From: Nemertoderma westbladi
Taxonomy: Eukaryota > Animalia > Xenacoelomorpha
Direction of reading: 5' to 3'
NCBI GenBank assembly: GCA_032718475.1
Contig: JAUCBJ010008643.1
Location: 1-59,407, forward strand
DNA: 59,407 nucleotides
Shown here piece after piece: positions 12,419 to 26,000 of this stretch (within the stretch, counting starts at the first letter, position 1; each line of letters starts with the position of its first letter). A program made the translations under genes and the position numbers. The notes beneath the pieces were generated by a model. It was not told the origin of the DNA and ran no database searches. It saw only the letters and a list, made by a program, of their open reading frames with translations.

Positions 12419-13133
12419 CCATCGCTATTACCCTGGACGCGCCTACGAGTGAGTTTACGCGTTCCATCCTTATCTATTCGCGTCTGTTGAACAAAAAACA
12501 CGCACACTGAGTTACGAACTAATGAAGCGTGTTGGTGAGTGTATTTCCACCAAATTTGTTCGAAAATATCTCAGGAACGTCAATCCTAACGATATTAATT
12601 CATACCATTTGATCAATTTCATCCGTCAAGACCCTGAGTATGGCGATTTATTTATCAACTCGCACCCTGAGTTACAGGAAGTATCTCGACGGCCCTACGA
12701 ATATCGAGCCCGAGAACGCGAGCTGGAAAGAACCATTAAACCGAGGAAGTTTCTCACCACTCACGGTCCACCTACCGCTATTGTCCAGACGACTCGTCAG
12801 GGACCAGTAGGAGCTGCTGTCCTAAGACGCGCCCTAAAGGCCGTTAGACCTCGCTCCACTGAAGTTGATATCGATCAACCAGGTACCTCGACCGGCGGAT
12901 ACACCGATCGTAATCCTAAACCTTCTGATGCAATTGTATTGCACCCTTCACCCAGGAGTTATAGCCCTCCTAGTAAAGTGGCTCCCCCCAAAGAGAAAAG
13001 GACTCTTGCTAGCCTCAAAAAACTGCGTAAACGCCGTCCGCGTAAGAAAGACTAACTGTTTAGAGTATTTTTATATTTTAGAAACTGTGATTTTTTATAT
13101 TTTATAGAATTAAATCCTATTTTCTGGGAGCGG
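12419..13133 (+). pseudogene. Duplicated 3' tail of the extra ORF plus PPT, placed upstream of the 5' LTR
   Basis: Near-identical to 26443..27157 (offset 14024). It contains ORF 12522..13055 and is preceded by the first ~44 bp of the LTR (12366..12409). Confidence 0.93.
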
Positions 13134-14309
13134 TCTAAAGGCTTTTGTGGAATTAGCTGGTTATTTTCCCCGCAAAGTACTCTGTAGTTGTTTAAACGGA
13201 GATAAAAAGCCGTTTCCTTACTGTACCGGTGTTTTAGTGGACATAAAAAGCCATTTCTTCTGTATGTGTACTTTAGCGGACATAACTAGCGATTTTATGT
13301 CGCAATAAGCCAAATACTCTAAATATCGGAACTCAGATGACGACATCTATCAGCTGTGTCCACGTGTAACTTTTTCTTTGTTCTTTGTTCGTTCTTTGTT
13401 CGGTCGACCAATCAGAGCGGTTTTCACTCTGTGTTGGAGATTGTATACAGAAACTCACGCAATTCAGTCAGGGTGTGTATTTTTTCCTGATGCCAGAACA
13501 CCGGCTTTGGAATTTCTGTGTTTCAGGCTTTAGCAAAACATTAGTAGGCTTGATCATAGAAACGTATAACTGTTATCTAATCATATCTCAAACCAAAACA
13601 TATTGTTACAAATCATATTGTCACCTACAAACACCGCATTTTTACTGCTATTTACTGTTGGTTATTAATTATATCAGTTGATGGAATATTATTATATTTG
13701 GATAACATCGATAAATAATCATAAAACCCCAATCTTGATATACTGAAGGTAAGAGACAGGTTACATATAGCAATTGCGACTTACATTATATTGGTTTTGG
13801 AGTGAATCTAATGCTATTTCATAGGCACTACATGTGTCGGTTGCTGTTCTCTTTATATGTGACTAAAATTAGTGAAGGTCGGCAGATCGGTGTGCAGCAT
13901 TGTGCGGTAGTGTGCATGAGTTTGATAGATAACAAAGCATCTCCTAAAGAATGCGCTTTATACGTGAATCAATAGCCATCCTGTTGTGCTTAGTGTAAGT
14001 CATAACTCTGTTTACATACTTAGAGCGCCACGTCCTAAAGGAACTGTTGATATTTCCCGAAAGTGAATAATATTTGTCAGAGATTATATATTAACGATCA
14101 ATCGAATAATACAGTAGGCCTACATCGCAATAAGGTCAGAGCTTCCGAATCCAGTCTCCCGGGTATATCCAGCGGGTGAATGGTCGCGCATAGACTGGCT
14201 TCGGCTAATGTAGTGTATCAAATACTCGTCATAGGCTAAAGTCGATTTATAATCTAGAAGACACCTAAATTTGGCAGGTTAAACTGCTAAAGGTCTGAAA
14301 GCGCGAACA
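13134..14309 (+). repeat. 5' LTR of element B (1176 bp; first dinucleotide TC instead of TG)
   Basis: Direct repeat of 27158..28333 with about 8 substitutions counted by eye. Confidence 0.95.
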
Positions 14310-14656
14310 ATAACAGTTATAACTTCTGATTGCAGTGTAGGCAATAAATACAGTTTAATATTGTTCTGGTAAGAAGAATAACAGTTATTGCTTCTGTATT
14401 GCAACGTAGGCAATAAAGCTGAAGTACCGGTCAACCGGTAACTAGTAGGCCTAACTACCTAACCACCCGAACCGGTACTTACTGCAGTACAGGTACCAGT
14501 ATTATTTCGATTGTGATATATTATATATTATAGGCTGTTAGGGGATTAGGGATTGATCACCCCTTATTCCTTTGTATGGTTTACTTATTTCTGTCAGTTT
14601 TATTTATTTGCAGGTTAATATTGAGCAGAAGACGTGTAAGCCTGCTCAGATTGTAC

Positions 14657-15235
14657 AGATAATTTGTAGGCTGGACTGTTGTCTGACTGTTGTTAAGTCT
14701 GAAGAGATTGTAGTGTGTGTAGAGTGTATGTCCGATAAAGTACTAGTTAGGAACTTAGGGGCTTCCAGTGCTGTGAGGTAAATCCCCCCGAAAGAATAAG
14801 TCGTACTACTCGGATAGAACGCATACTAACTAACCATTTCGGAGTCTGCATATACTGTAGTTTGTTTAGGCTTGATAGTAGTCTGCCAGCGTTTGGTCTG
14901 TATTTTGTTTGTGTAGTCTGTACGGGTAGTGTAATATTTCTTATTTAGATAATTTGTAGGCTGGACTGTTGTCTGACTGTTGTTAAGTCTGAAGAGATTG
15001 TAGTGTGTGTAGAGTGTATGTCCGATAAAGTACTAGTTAGGAACTTAGGGGCTTCCAGTGCTGTGAGGTAAATCCCCCCGAAAGAATAAGTCGTACTACT
15101 CGGTTAGAACGCATACTAACTAACCATTTCGGAGTCTGCATATACTGTAGTTTGTTTAGGCTTGATAGTAGTCTGCCAGCGTTTGGTCTGTATTTTGTTT
15201 GTGTAGTCTGTACGCGTAGCGTAATATTTATTATT
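14657..15235 (+). repeat. ~290-bp tandem duplication in the element B leader
   Basis: The block AGATAATTTGTAGGCTGGACTG...GTAATATTT occurs twice, near-identical. Confidence 0.9.
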
Positions 15236-16570
15236 CAGAGTTTATGCGATTATTCGCAACATTCACAACCCCGAGTTTATTCCTACAGTAATTGTGCTTG
15301 TTATACATACCGTTATAGTTAAATTAACCCCGGTACTACATCAGGGCTGCTTGGCTTAGGTAAAGACTGGTGATTTTGTGCCCCGGTCACTCCAGCAGAT
15401 ACCGTGGTTCTTTTAGCTGTACAAGTATTTCTAACTGCTGGTTATTTGTTGTATAAGTACTTGTACCTAATTTAGGGTTTAGTGTACAGTGCTTTCCGAA
15501 GGTAATTAGTGTGTAGGTAGTATATTTGTGTTGTAAAGTGGTTAATAGGCACGTTGGCTCTGGTAGGCCGTGGTAATTAACTTCTAGGTAGGAACACTCC
15601 GTGATACATAACGTAGTACTTATAGCGATACGGCTATAAGTCGTCAGACGGTGGTATTTTTCCTATCTGGACAACGCAGTATATTTACTACTGCTTTGTT
15701 ATTTTCAAATACCGTAGTATCCTGTCTGTTTGTAATAACCAGATATTCTAACCCTTTGTTAGGCTGGTTCGTAGACTTCTTGTAAAATTACCCTAAAAAT
15801 TTCGTACGTGTAATTTTGTATTTATTTAGAGATTGTAATCTCACCCCGAATTGTACGTAATTTGTAGTATTAAGTAACTTAGGTAAATTAGAATTATTTG
15901 TTTTAGTGTCCAACAAGTAGCACTTCACTGAGAGCACACAGCTTCTGTGTAGTGACTCCTTCCCAGAAATAATAACATTTATTTCAAATATTGACAAAAC
16001 CCATTATACGGGTATATATATATTATAAATCAACTTAAACCGATTTATAAAATAGTAGGCCTGTCTTACAACAATTAGGTCTTAATGTCAGTTGGACTAC
16101 TGCTTAAATAACGGCAATCAAGTAAAGTAAAGTAAACAAGTAACCCCTAAAATTCAGAAATTCAATTATTCTAAAATAATTGACATACCGGTATTTACGA
16201 TAGGCTTATTATATTTATTTCTATAAATTTAGGCTGAAATTATACCGGTATTCTGTAATTAATTCTAGTCCATAATTATACTTATATATACTATAAGTGT
16301 AAGCTGTATACCGGTATTCACGATAGGCCTATTATATATTTATATATATCTGTGCTGAAATTATATACCGGTATTCTGTGACAAACCTAGTCTGTAATAA
16401 TACTTATATATATACTATAAGTGTCTACCGGTATTCTAATATATTGTATATATATCACGTTACATAGAGTAACGATATCGGTAATTAATTACTAGGCTAA
16501 CGGTGATACTGAATTACTAGACTTGCTTTAACTGTAATAAAGCAGTAGGCATTTAACTGTACAAACAAAC

Positions 16571-19500
16571 ATGTCTGACACAAAGCCAAACCTGTCAGAC
16601 AGTCTCCTAGATACAACCATCTGTGACCCAGACAGGAGTGTGGAACGTGTGCGACCGAAGTTCAATTCACCTCCTACCGTAAGAAAGATCATCCCTCCAG
16701 TAGTAGTATCAGACCCTAGGCTAGTCCAACACCGTAGGTCTATCATAGGCACTCGAGCTCAGGTCAAGCGGGACCAAGAAGCAGCAGAACAGCAGCAACA
16801 CTCGAGCCGAGAACTTATTTCTCAACGGCCCGACAGCTCCAGTAGTGCGGATACTGTAGAGCTGACACCCGAGCGCGGAGCAAAGATGGCAGATGCGGTT
16901 TATTCGGATCCCCTTCTCATCCTTCCTGCAGCCGTACTCACTAGGGTATTGATTGCGGTGGAGGAACACCAGATTGATTGGGCGAGAAGTAAGCGATCGA
17001 CCAAGGATAGTTATGCGGGATACACAAGGGAAGAACTGAAGTCTATTGTCGAGTCGCAATGGAACTTCCCCGGACCCGGACTCCCATTTGACTTATCGGA
17101 AGCTGCCTGGGAAGACATACACAGGATGGGAGTGACAAAAGAAACCAGCGATCCAGCTGTGTGGAAGAGGTCAGCAGCAGGATACGTACAGGGATTCTTC
17201 AGCTCTATGGAGCGATTAGAGGAACAACTGTTTCGACAACCCCAAGGACCTCAAGAGCAGGGAGAGCTGCTTTATCAAGTTAGAGAAGGAATTCTAAGAA
17301 TCAGACTAATCTTATCGGCCTTTGAGGAGGCTTCAAAAAGAAGACAAGACACGTCGTTGCAAGTTGCCGTAAAGACTTGGTTTCAGCGGGTGAGTCTCAA
17401 AGTTCAAGGAACTGCCCCGTGGAAATCTCAGTTGGCGGAGCGCTCAACCCATGGAGAATCAACAGACGCTACCTTTTCCCAAGTGGAAAGTGAAGTGACA
17501 GCAGAAAAACCGCATAAGAGGGATGCTATTGACATCTATCTGTCAGACTATCAACGATTTGTAGGTGACGAAGAGTTGAGGAGACGGCTGTCTGGACTTC
17601 GCCCTAATAGTGAAGGAGCCAAGCTTGTGTTGGACGCAATCGATGCGGATATGTTAGCTGCGAACCAAGCTAAATTTGATGAACGCCTCCGCATCGCTAG
17701 AGTCCAAGAAGAACAAGTAAAGAAAAAATGTATAGAAGACAGAAAGATAGCAGCAGCGGCAGCAGCAGAGGCAGAAGCGGAAAGATAAGCGGCAGAGGCA
17801 GTGGCAGAAGCGGAAAGAAAGCGAGCCGTGGCAGAAGCAGAACGAAGAGCATCTGAAGAGACCACCCAACTAGAGTTGGAAAATATTCAAGAGAATCAAG
17901 ACCGCATAAATAAACAGTTAGCAGCTAGTCAAATGCAGATGATGAGTCGATCTACTCCCAAAAGACAGGGATATACATCATCTGATGAAGGCGATACCAC
18001 CGATCCTGAAGGCGGAGGAAATAGATCTCGTCTAAGCAGATGTAGAAGAATGTCCCACCTTCAGAAATTGCCTAATTTACCCCCAGCTGTTAGAAGGCAA
18101 CTAACTAACACAGACTTAGGTAGTACAGAACCCACAGACCAAATAATTAAAATAGAAAGACTCCCTACTATAGTAGATGAGCCTGAAATAATTAGGCCTG
18201 TTCTCGAAGCCACCCCTTCGGTGATAGAGACACCTGTACTCCCAGAACCTACCTCTAAATTCCCTTTGCACAGTACTAAACTACCTGTGCCCAGTAGGAC
18301 TGTTCATGAGTCCGAACCCGTCCTGGACGCCGAGCGAGATATCAAGAATTTATCGCCCGTCGTCTCTCGCTCGCCCGCTACTACGTTGGCGACTCCCGCT
18401 TCGGCGGTCGAGTGGGTAGCTGAGGGACGACGGGAGATGGGTCTCCTGCTCGGGCAGCTGAGGGAACACCGTCAGTGCTCCTCTCAGCAGGTCCGGGAGA
18501 TGGAAGGAACTGTTCAGCAGTTCAAGGGCACAGTAAGGGAAAGTAGGTTAGAGTTGCAAGAAGTGCAGCAGAGTATCGCGTTAGAACGCGATAAATTGGT
18601 AAATATACAAAAGGGTATACCACCACCCCCTGTAACAATGTGTCAACCTGTTAGGTCTGAAGTATTTCATGCGCAAGGTGTGGAGCCTACACGCATCTAT
18701 ACTGCTAGTGAAGTAGAAACTCCTATAGTAAACCCTATTAAGGGTAATTATAAACCTGTTGACAATGATATTCCATATAGACTTGATAATAATCCGAGAA
18801 ATTTATATACCGATAAATCGATATTAAATAACACGATGGCCCAAGAAAGTTTTACGCATCAAATGGCTAGAACCGAAGCCCGTCAAGCGGTAAAGGTGGG
18901 AGAGATCATCAAGTTCAATGGGGATGAGATGAAATGGTTACCTTTTAATGAATATTACAAAGATAACATACAGAACTCTGTGCTATCTAACGGAGAGAAA
19001 CTTAGATTCCTCATCGAGTGTTTGGAAGGATCTCCCAAGTTAATGGCGTTAAAGTTTATTGGACATCCAGATGGATTAAGACAAGTTTGGGATACACTAA
19101 ACATCAGGTATGGTAATAGGACTAACATAGCTAGGTATTTATATGCGAAATTAATGGCGCCCCGAAAGTTTCTTAGCAGCGGGATTATAGAGTTTTCCGA
19201 CGAGATTCAGGAGATCTGTAGACAACTAGATTGGTTAGGTAAGTCTCATGAATACCAGAATTTTATGGTTGTAGGAGCCTTAACATCTACTTTGCCCAAG
19301 GGTGGAGTAGGTACACACTGGGACAAGAAAGTGTTATATATGATGGAACAACAATGACGAGACCCTACCATGGCTGATCTCATGTCATTCTTAGATGGAG
19401 AGGTAAAATTACAGCTCCTAAAGCAGTCCAGAGAGAAGACACCGGAAAATAAGGTAAGTGAGAAACCCGTTTCTAGGAGAAAGTTAATACCAGTGTGTTA

Positions 19501-21487
19501 TACAGACGACGGCGAAAGCCAGACTTCTCAAGAGGAAGACAGCGGGAAAGACACTGAAAGATCTTACTATGACAACAAAGCGCCTAAGGACGTAAGTAAA
19601 TTCAAGTCTCGAACCAATGACAGGAGAGAACAGGTAAGAAAAACTCATCCTACGTCTCCTAAGAGAATTCATGTAAGAAAGCCCGAGGAAAGAACGAGTG
19701 TGCACAACGTTACCCAAAGTAAGGTAAGTAACATCAAACCAAAATGTGTGCTGTGCGACGGGCCCCACCGTTTAAGTGCGTTTGATGAATTCCTAAAGAA
19801 ATCATTAAAGGATAGATGGGAAGTCATGTGGGATAAGCGGTTGTGTTATAATTGCCTCAGACAAGGACACCAACGGCGAACCTGTTACTCCGAAGCAAGG
19901 TGTGCGAAGTGCAGCGCAAAACATCATATCTTGTTGCACACTGAATTCGAACGAAACAGCCCGAGTCAGGTAAGTGAGTCCGAACTACATGTCCAATTCA
20001 GTGATGTGAACGACACTGACCAAAGTTCTGAGATGGAAGGATTCTATATGGACGAATTCTCCGACGAAAACGAATCCTGTTACCTGATAAATACCGCAGT
20101 GTATCGAGCACTTACGTATGAAAAGGACACCGACAGCGAGCTCCCCCTAACTACTTCTGACCGACAACCATCTTGGAAATCACCAACTTCCAATGTAGGA
20201 ATCCGAGAATTTCCCGTAGTGCAGTTGAGGGTCCACGGACCTGATAGGAGTTATATAGTGAACGCCCTCCTTGACTCCGGTAGCACAGGAACATTATTCA
20301 TCGACAAAGAACTAGCCGAAGACATCTTTGCTGGACGACCCAAGTTCCGAACTAAGTTAAACATGTCAGGAATTATGCAGGTTTGGAAATCTACAGTAAT
20401 AGCAGATTATTATGTAGGTGCGTTGTCCACCCCCCAGGATGAACTAGGAGAACACAGTATAAGGTCAGTAAAAATGGTGGCGATAAAGAACTTCGCTACC
20501 AGCCAAGTAGAACCTTATAACTGGGATGAGGACGATTTCACCCAGCAGCTTAAGATACCTAGATTCAACACAGACTACCCTGGAGTGCAAATACTCATCG
20601 GCCAAAATGCGCATGAGGCGCTTGAGACATTGGAGAAACGGCCTGCTCAACCGCAACCACTACAAGCCTATGCGGGAAGAACTAGAGTGGGTTGGTACTT
20701 TACTGGCCCTTCCCGTAGAACTCTCATGGAAAGGTTACCAAAAGAACGGGTATACCAAGTAAGTGAATGGGAAGCGGAGAGCAGTGAGGTAGACGACCCA
20801 ACTGAGGGAACACCATACTCCTCAGATAATGACGATATTAACTCCAATGTAGATCAATGGAGATATTGCCCCGAGACGATTAATCTAGCCGACATCGCTT
20901 CCAGAGGAGCAACTCCTCAAGAACTGACAGATACTCCAGACTGGTTAGGTGGACCCGACTTCCTAAGTAAAGAAGAAGAATGGCCTCCCCATCTTACCAC
21001 GGCTGAGATTAGACAAGCCAAGGGAGCGGAGAAAGTCAAACCTAAAACCCGGACGAGTAAATCAAGGTTATTTAAACCCGTGATAGATCTGTCTGTACTA
21101 CACATTGCCAGGGACGACGCTGTGGATCTAAACTCCCCCACCGCAAACCGATCTGTTGTGGAGATCAGAGAGAGAGACTGGAGATCTGGAACACCAGACG
21201 TCTCGCCGGGACTCTCACCTCTCCTGCCGGGAGCGATGGACCACTATAGATCCTGGAATCGGCTTTGTAAGGCCGTCGTGCATTTGAAGCGATGTTTCTA
21301 TCGTCACTATTCCAGGACGAAGAGGAAACCTGGAATTGTATTCGAAACACAACAACTCAATCGCCCAGTTGGTCGTTTATGTTTACTGGAAAGAGGCCGA
21401 GAACTGTCCGGAAACTATGGAAGGCAAGATACTCTTCCCACGACCACCTCCCTAATCCAACAAACATCTAGGGACTCCCCAATGTAA
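16571..21487 (+). pseudogene. Element B gag-protease with internally deleted pol; two in-frame stops (17786, 19355)
   Basis: Three ORFs lie in one frame. They contain KFNGDEMKW, CYNCLRQGHQRRTC, CAKCSAKHHILLH and ALLDSGSTGTLFI, then only QWRYCPETINLADIASRG (RNase H tail) and RPVGRLCLLE (pol C-terminus). No RT or IN core is present. Confidence 0.92.
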
Positions 21488-23040
21488 CAGCGTCTGGAGT
21501 GGGTGTGTGACTATATTATTTTATATTTGTTTTTATTATTTTATATTTATGTATGTATTATTATGTAATTTTATTATAATCGTTTTCTTTAATTTTATTT
21601 AGTAGAATGTTATTTTAGCGATTATCTAGTAGATTAGTGCAATATATATTCGCGTTTATTACTTAATTACTTATATATTATATATTTAGTGCGACGGCGA
21701 GAAATAATTCTTTTTCTCTTTCCTTACTGTCCGTATTACATTATAAATACGTGACTACAATAAGATGAAATATCCGTACTTATTAAAGTACAATAAAGCT
21801 CCTACTATATTTAAGTATTATTGGTAAGTAGAGTATTAGGAATGCAAAGTTCAAATCCTCGTGTCTCGGCTAAACCAAGCTCTGGGTAGACCTTGGAAAC
21901 GACTTGCCTCTACTCACTGACATTGCTTCTTGCGCTATTGCTCTCATACCGTATATTAAATAATACATATAGTAGCGTGATGTCCCTTTAATATTAGCGT
22001 AAAACGCAAAATAAATCTGTTAAACCTTTTGACCATCTGTAATTCTAGTCGATTAAGATATCGCGGCACCCACCGATATACTTGAAAGACAAAATTCTAG
22101 AATCAGTGGTTAACGTCCCCAGACAAGTTCTGGAATAAACTGGTGCCCATCCTAAATATTAACTATTAATATTTATAAAATCTGTCAAATTTTAGATCCT
22201 TTAAAATTCTAGTCTATTAAGATATCGTAGCACTTACCGATATTCTTAAAAAGACCAATTTCCTAGAATCAAGGATCCTAGTCCCCAGACATGTTCTGGA
22301 ATAAAATTGTGTCTATTTAATATTAAATAATAAAATTTACGGGAATAAATTTAAATTCATATTTTAATGAATTTGATAAATTGTCATTTTTATACAATTT
22401 ATAACATTCCCAAAATTCCATTAATTAATAGATCATGGGAGCAGAGATTCACCCTATTAAGTGTATTAGTGTGCGAGAATCTCCAATATATAGTCAATAG
22501 CCGATAAAATTCATAAAATCATGTATAAAGGGGATATTGACAATTAAAGAATTACTATTAAATAGCATCCCAGATCTGTATGCATGAGAATTACCCTAAT
22601 TCTACCGCTAGCTTTCCATAATGTCACCATAGCAACAACCACGCTAGAATTAGAAGTGAGTTAAAAGAACAATAGAAAGCTTACCCCATTGAATAGCATA
22701 GGGAATAAATAGCACACTGCTAGTATCCAAGGATACATAATAATAACGTGGCATTCTGGAAGGCACTGACTAACGGACAAATGGCCCGAATGTGTACAAT
22801 TTGTGACAGTTGTGTGGAATTTGTGCGTTTATAGGTGAATGTTACTACTAAAGTGTGTTTACAGTAGCGAGTCGCAATTGTGAAAGTAGCCCTAACTCTG
22901 CAGCAAGAACCTGAAGTAAATCTAAGCCTTTGGGACGGACAGTGGAGTGACTTGTGCCGGTTATCGTTGTCGTTGTGTAGCTACTACGTTGGCGAAATAG
23001 AAAATTCACCGCTCGCTATACGCATCGTAATGGTACGTAT

Positions 23041-26000
23041 ATGGACTTCTTAACTACTGGCCATCCTATCGATTTACACGATACGGACGATGTAGACACC
23101 GAAAGGGAAATGGTTTTATTTAAATATCATACCCAGCGGAGTCGGAACGATAAACCGAGAATAGAACACGAGAATTCTATTCGAAACAGACTCGAAAGGG
23201 AAGACATTGAAGAGCCGGATAAACGCAGCGACTTCAACGATTATCTGGAATTCCTGAGAGAAACATATCTCGATATTGCCAGTCAACAAAATCTAGAAAC
23301 TCGATATCCTCAAGGTATACATCATGACCCTATGATAGAACTCAAACGACTCTATTTCACTATAATGTATCTTACCGCCGATCGACCGCTACCTGTCGTC
23401 CCAGATAGCTTCGAACAGATGGAGGAATATTGTAAAACTGGAGAACGATCACCCGCGTTTCCCCTGCAGGACGTGCGTCTTTGGTATTACTGCGACGAAT
23501 GCCCTAGACCCAATCAGCAAACGGAAAGACATAAACATCCGCGGAGACGTTGCGCTAAACACAGTTTTACATGATATACTTATGGGAGTTTCAAGCGAAA
23601 CCTGTTCGACGTATCACCTACGCTCGCTCGACTCAAACGATCCTTAAATAAACCAATGATCAGAGTTCCGGAATACTCGGTCAAACCTCCTCATTCCTCA
23701 GTGAGACCTCAAACGCTTGATCCTAATAGTATAACGGATCCCCCTGAAGTGTACTCACTATTTAAAGATCTTGTGTTACCCGAACAATTAATCGGTGGCA
23801 CTCCGGTAGTGGGCTCACTAGATATTCGCCAACCCTACCTAGCCGGATTAGGACACGGTCATCTAATATCGCCGTTTAACCCGTACAACCGTCCAGGCTT
23901 AACACCGATACAACCCGTTACCGAAGTCGAAGAGAGCGTTGTACGAAACGCATTAGACGCTATTCGGCAGAAAATCGGAAAAGGAACTTACGATTGTTTA
24001 GAGAAACGCAAATTGCAGCAACAAATCCAAGCGGTGAAAGAATTAGCTTTACCCCAGTTCGATAGAGAAATCCAGAATCTCGAGGAAGACATCGAACGTG
24101 GACGAACCTACTCTTTACAAGAGTTCCTAGACGAGCGTTTACAACAACAAGCGGAGGAAAATCAGCTCGAGGAGAAACATATAGAAATGGATGAGAGAGA
24201 AGAAGCAGCTTTGGCCCAGCCAGAAACTCAAATTCTTATGACGGATCTCTATTCTAAAACCATCATCCATCCTTCGATGGTTCCCCATTTCGGAGACAAA
24301 CTCTTCGCCACGGCACAACCTCAACCGGTTGATATCAACCTAAGATCTCGAGATCTCATCGCTGACGCTCCCATGTTGCAACGTCCGCCAATCGAGGCCG
24401 CTCGTGTCGATGGTATACTCGTTGAACCTCCGGACAATAGAGCGGATCTTGTCCGTCGCATGGTACACGATGTTAACATACGCGCTAGACCTTTACCGAA
24501 CTCGTTTTATGGGATCAAAGATCACCCTTATTACGTCAATCTAATGCAATATTACATGGTAAAACCGGAAGATCCTACACATAGTCTGAGGTTTCTACCA
24601 CTAATAAATCCTCTCGATCTTGTCGAACTCGAACAACTGCAGAAACATCTGGATCAGTTAGTCAAAGTAAACTCATTTCGAAAACCCTATAATGTTTCCA
24701 GAATAGAGAAAGAGACAATACCTCTGTATAATCTTGATGGATTCATCAAAACTCGATTAGTACACTGGAATCTCGACGTGTTATTCGAAGAGGAAAGAAT
24801 ACAACGATATGGAGATGTAGAAACATATACTACACAATATTTAAAGTATAGAGATCTACCTAATGCTAGCGAATGCGCTACCTTGTGGCATCCAGTGGGA
24901 ATGACTCTAGAAAACGCCACTAAAGAGTGGAATGAGACTCTTAACGTTATCGAGATGTATGGAGTTGTCACTTACGATAATGAAGGTAGCGTTCCGGTTG
25001 GAGAACTGGGAACTACGCGAATGATACACATATGAGGACTAGCTGGTTCTACCCATGTATTTACTCGAGCGTGTTCCGATGTGATTGATTATTCTTTTGA
25101 GACCCTTACCGAGACACAAAGGAAACTCCGACATGGACAATTCGAACTCGCGCAGCGTTACGTCACCGACACCGAGCGCAAACCGGCCATGGGTATCGAT
25201 GGATCGATGTTACCCCAGCCCGTGCTCGAGATGTTGTTTAATGAAAGAATCCTTAAAAATCGGCTCAGCTGTTTACGGAGATCTCCAAAACGACTTTCGG
25301 AACATGGAGAACATTCCATACCCTTTCGTGGATACTCAGCTGATTGCTCCCTGGGCAGAAGGCCGAGGTTTCTTCCGTGCTATGTATGCAAATACACCCA
25401 GCGGCATTACTAAAGTACAACGAACCTCCATCGGACATCTTGCCTTTCAAGAATACGGATGGAATTTCAAGGTTGGAAATCCTATCAACTACCAACAAGT
25501 ATATGGAGATCATTATTCTCGATTATACTTTGACGGACCATTGACTGCACCTGGCGCCGTGTATAGCTTTATGAGTGTTCCACTTCGTCCCTCCTTAGCT
25601 ATATACACGATCTTTGAAAACGCCGCACTTGCCGGTTGGCTAGCCAATGTGTGCAGTCGTACCATACGCGCCCATCCCTTAATACTTGGAACCAAACTCG
25701 CCAAGCTAGATGAACACAATAAATTCATTCGCTTCGAATGTTTCAGGCGCTTTCTGACTCCGTTCCGTAACGTTGATAGTCAGTTCAAGGACAGCGCTCT
25801 GACCAAACTCAGCCTAAGGGACTCAGCTGCGGAGAAGTTAGACAGCGCGGGATTTGCCCTTTTTAAGGACGTTTGTATACAGAACTTACATTCATCTGTT
25901 ATACAAAGACCTCGAATACCCACGGGTTATTCTGTCGTGGAAGTTCAGACAGTGGGTTCGCTTGCGGAGACAGCCGCACCTATCTCAGCTATGCAATTGG

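Noticed and set aside
12522-13055. 177-aa ORF as an independent gene
   Set aside because: It is a near-identical truncated duplicate of the C-terminus of the extra ORF.
13385-13681. 98-aa ORF duplicated at 27409..27705
   Set aside because: It lies within the LTRs, has a non-ATG start and no motifs; the LTR explains the duplication.
1440-25035. Alternative genetic code or programmed TGA readthrough
   Set aside because: Frameshifts and a TAA stop co-occur with the TGAs, the TSC1 exons have no in-frame TGA, and CpG decay is the simpler explanation.
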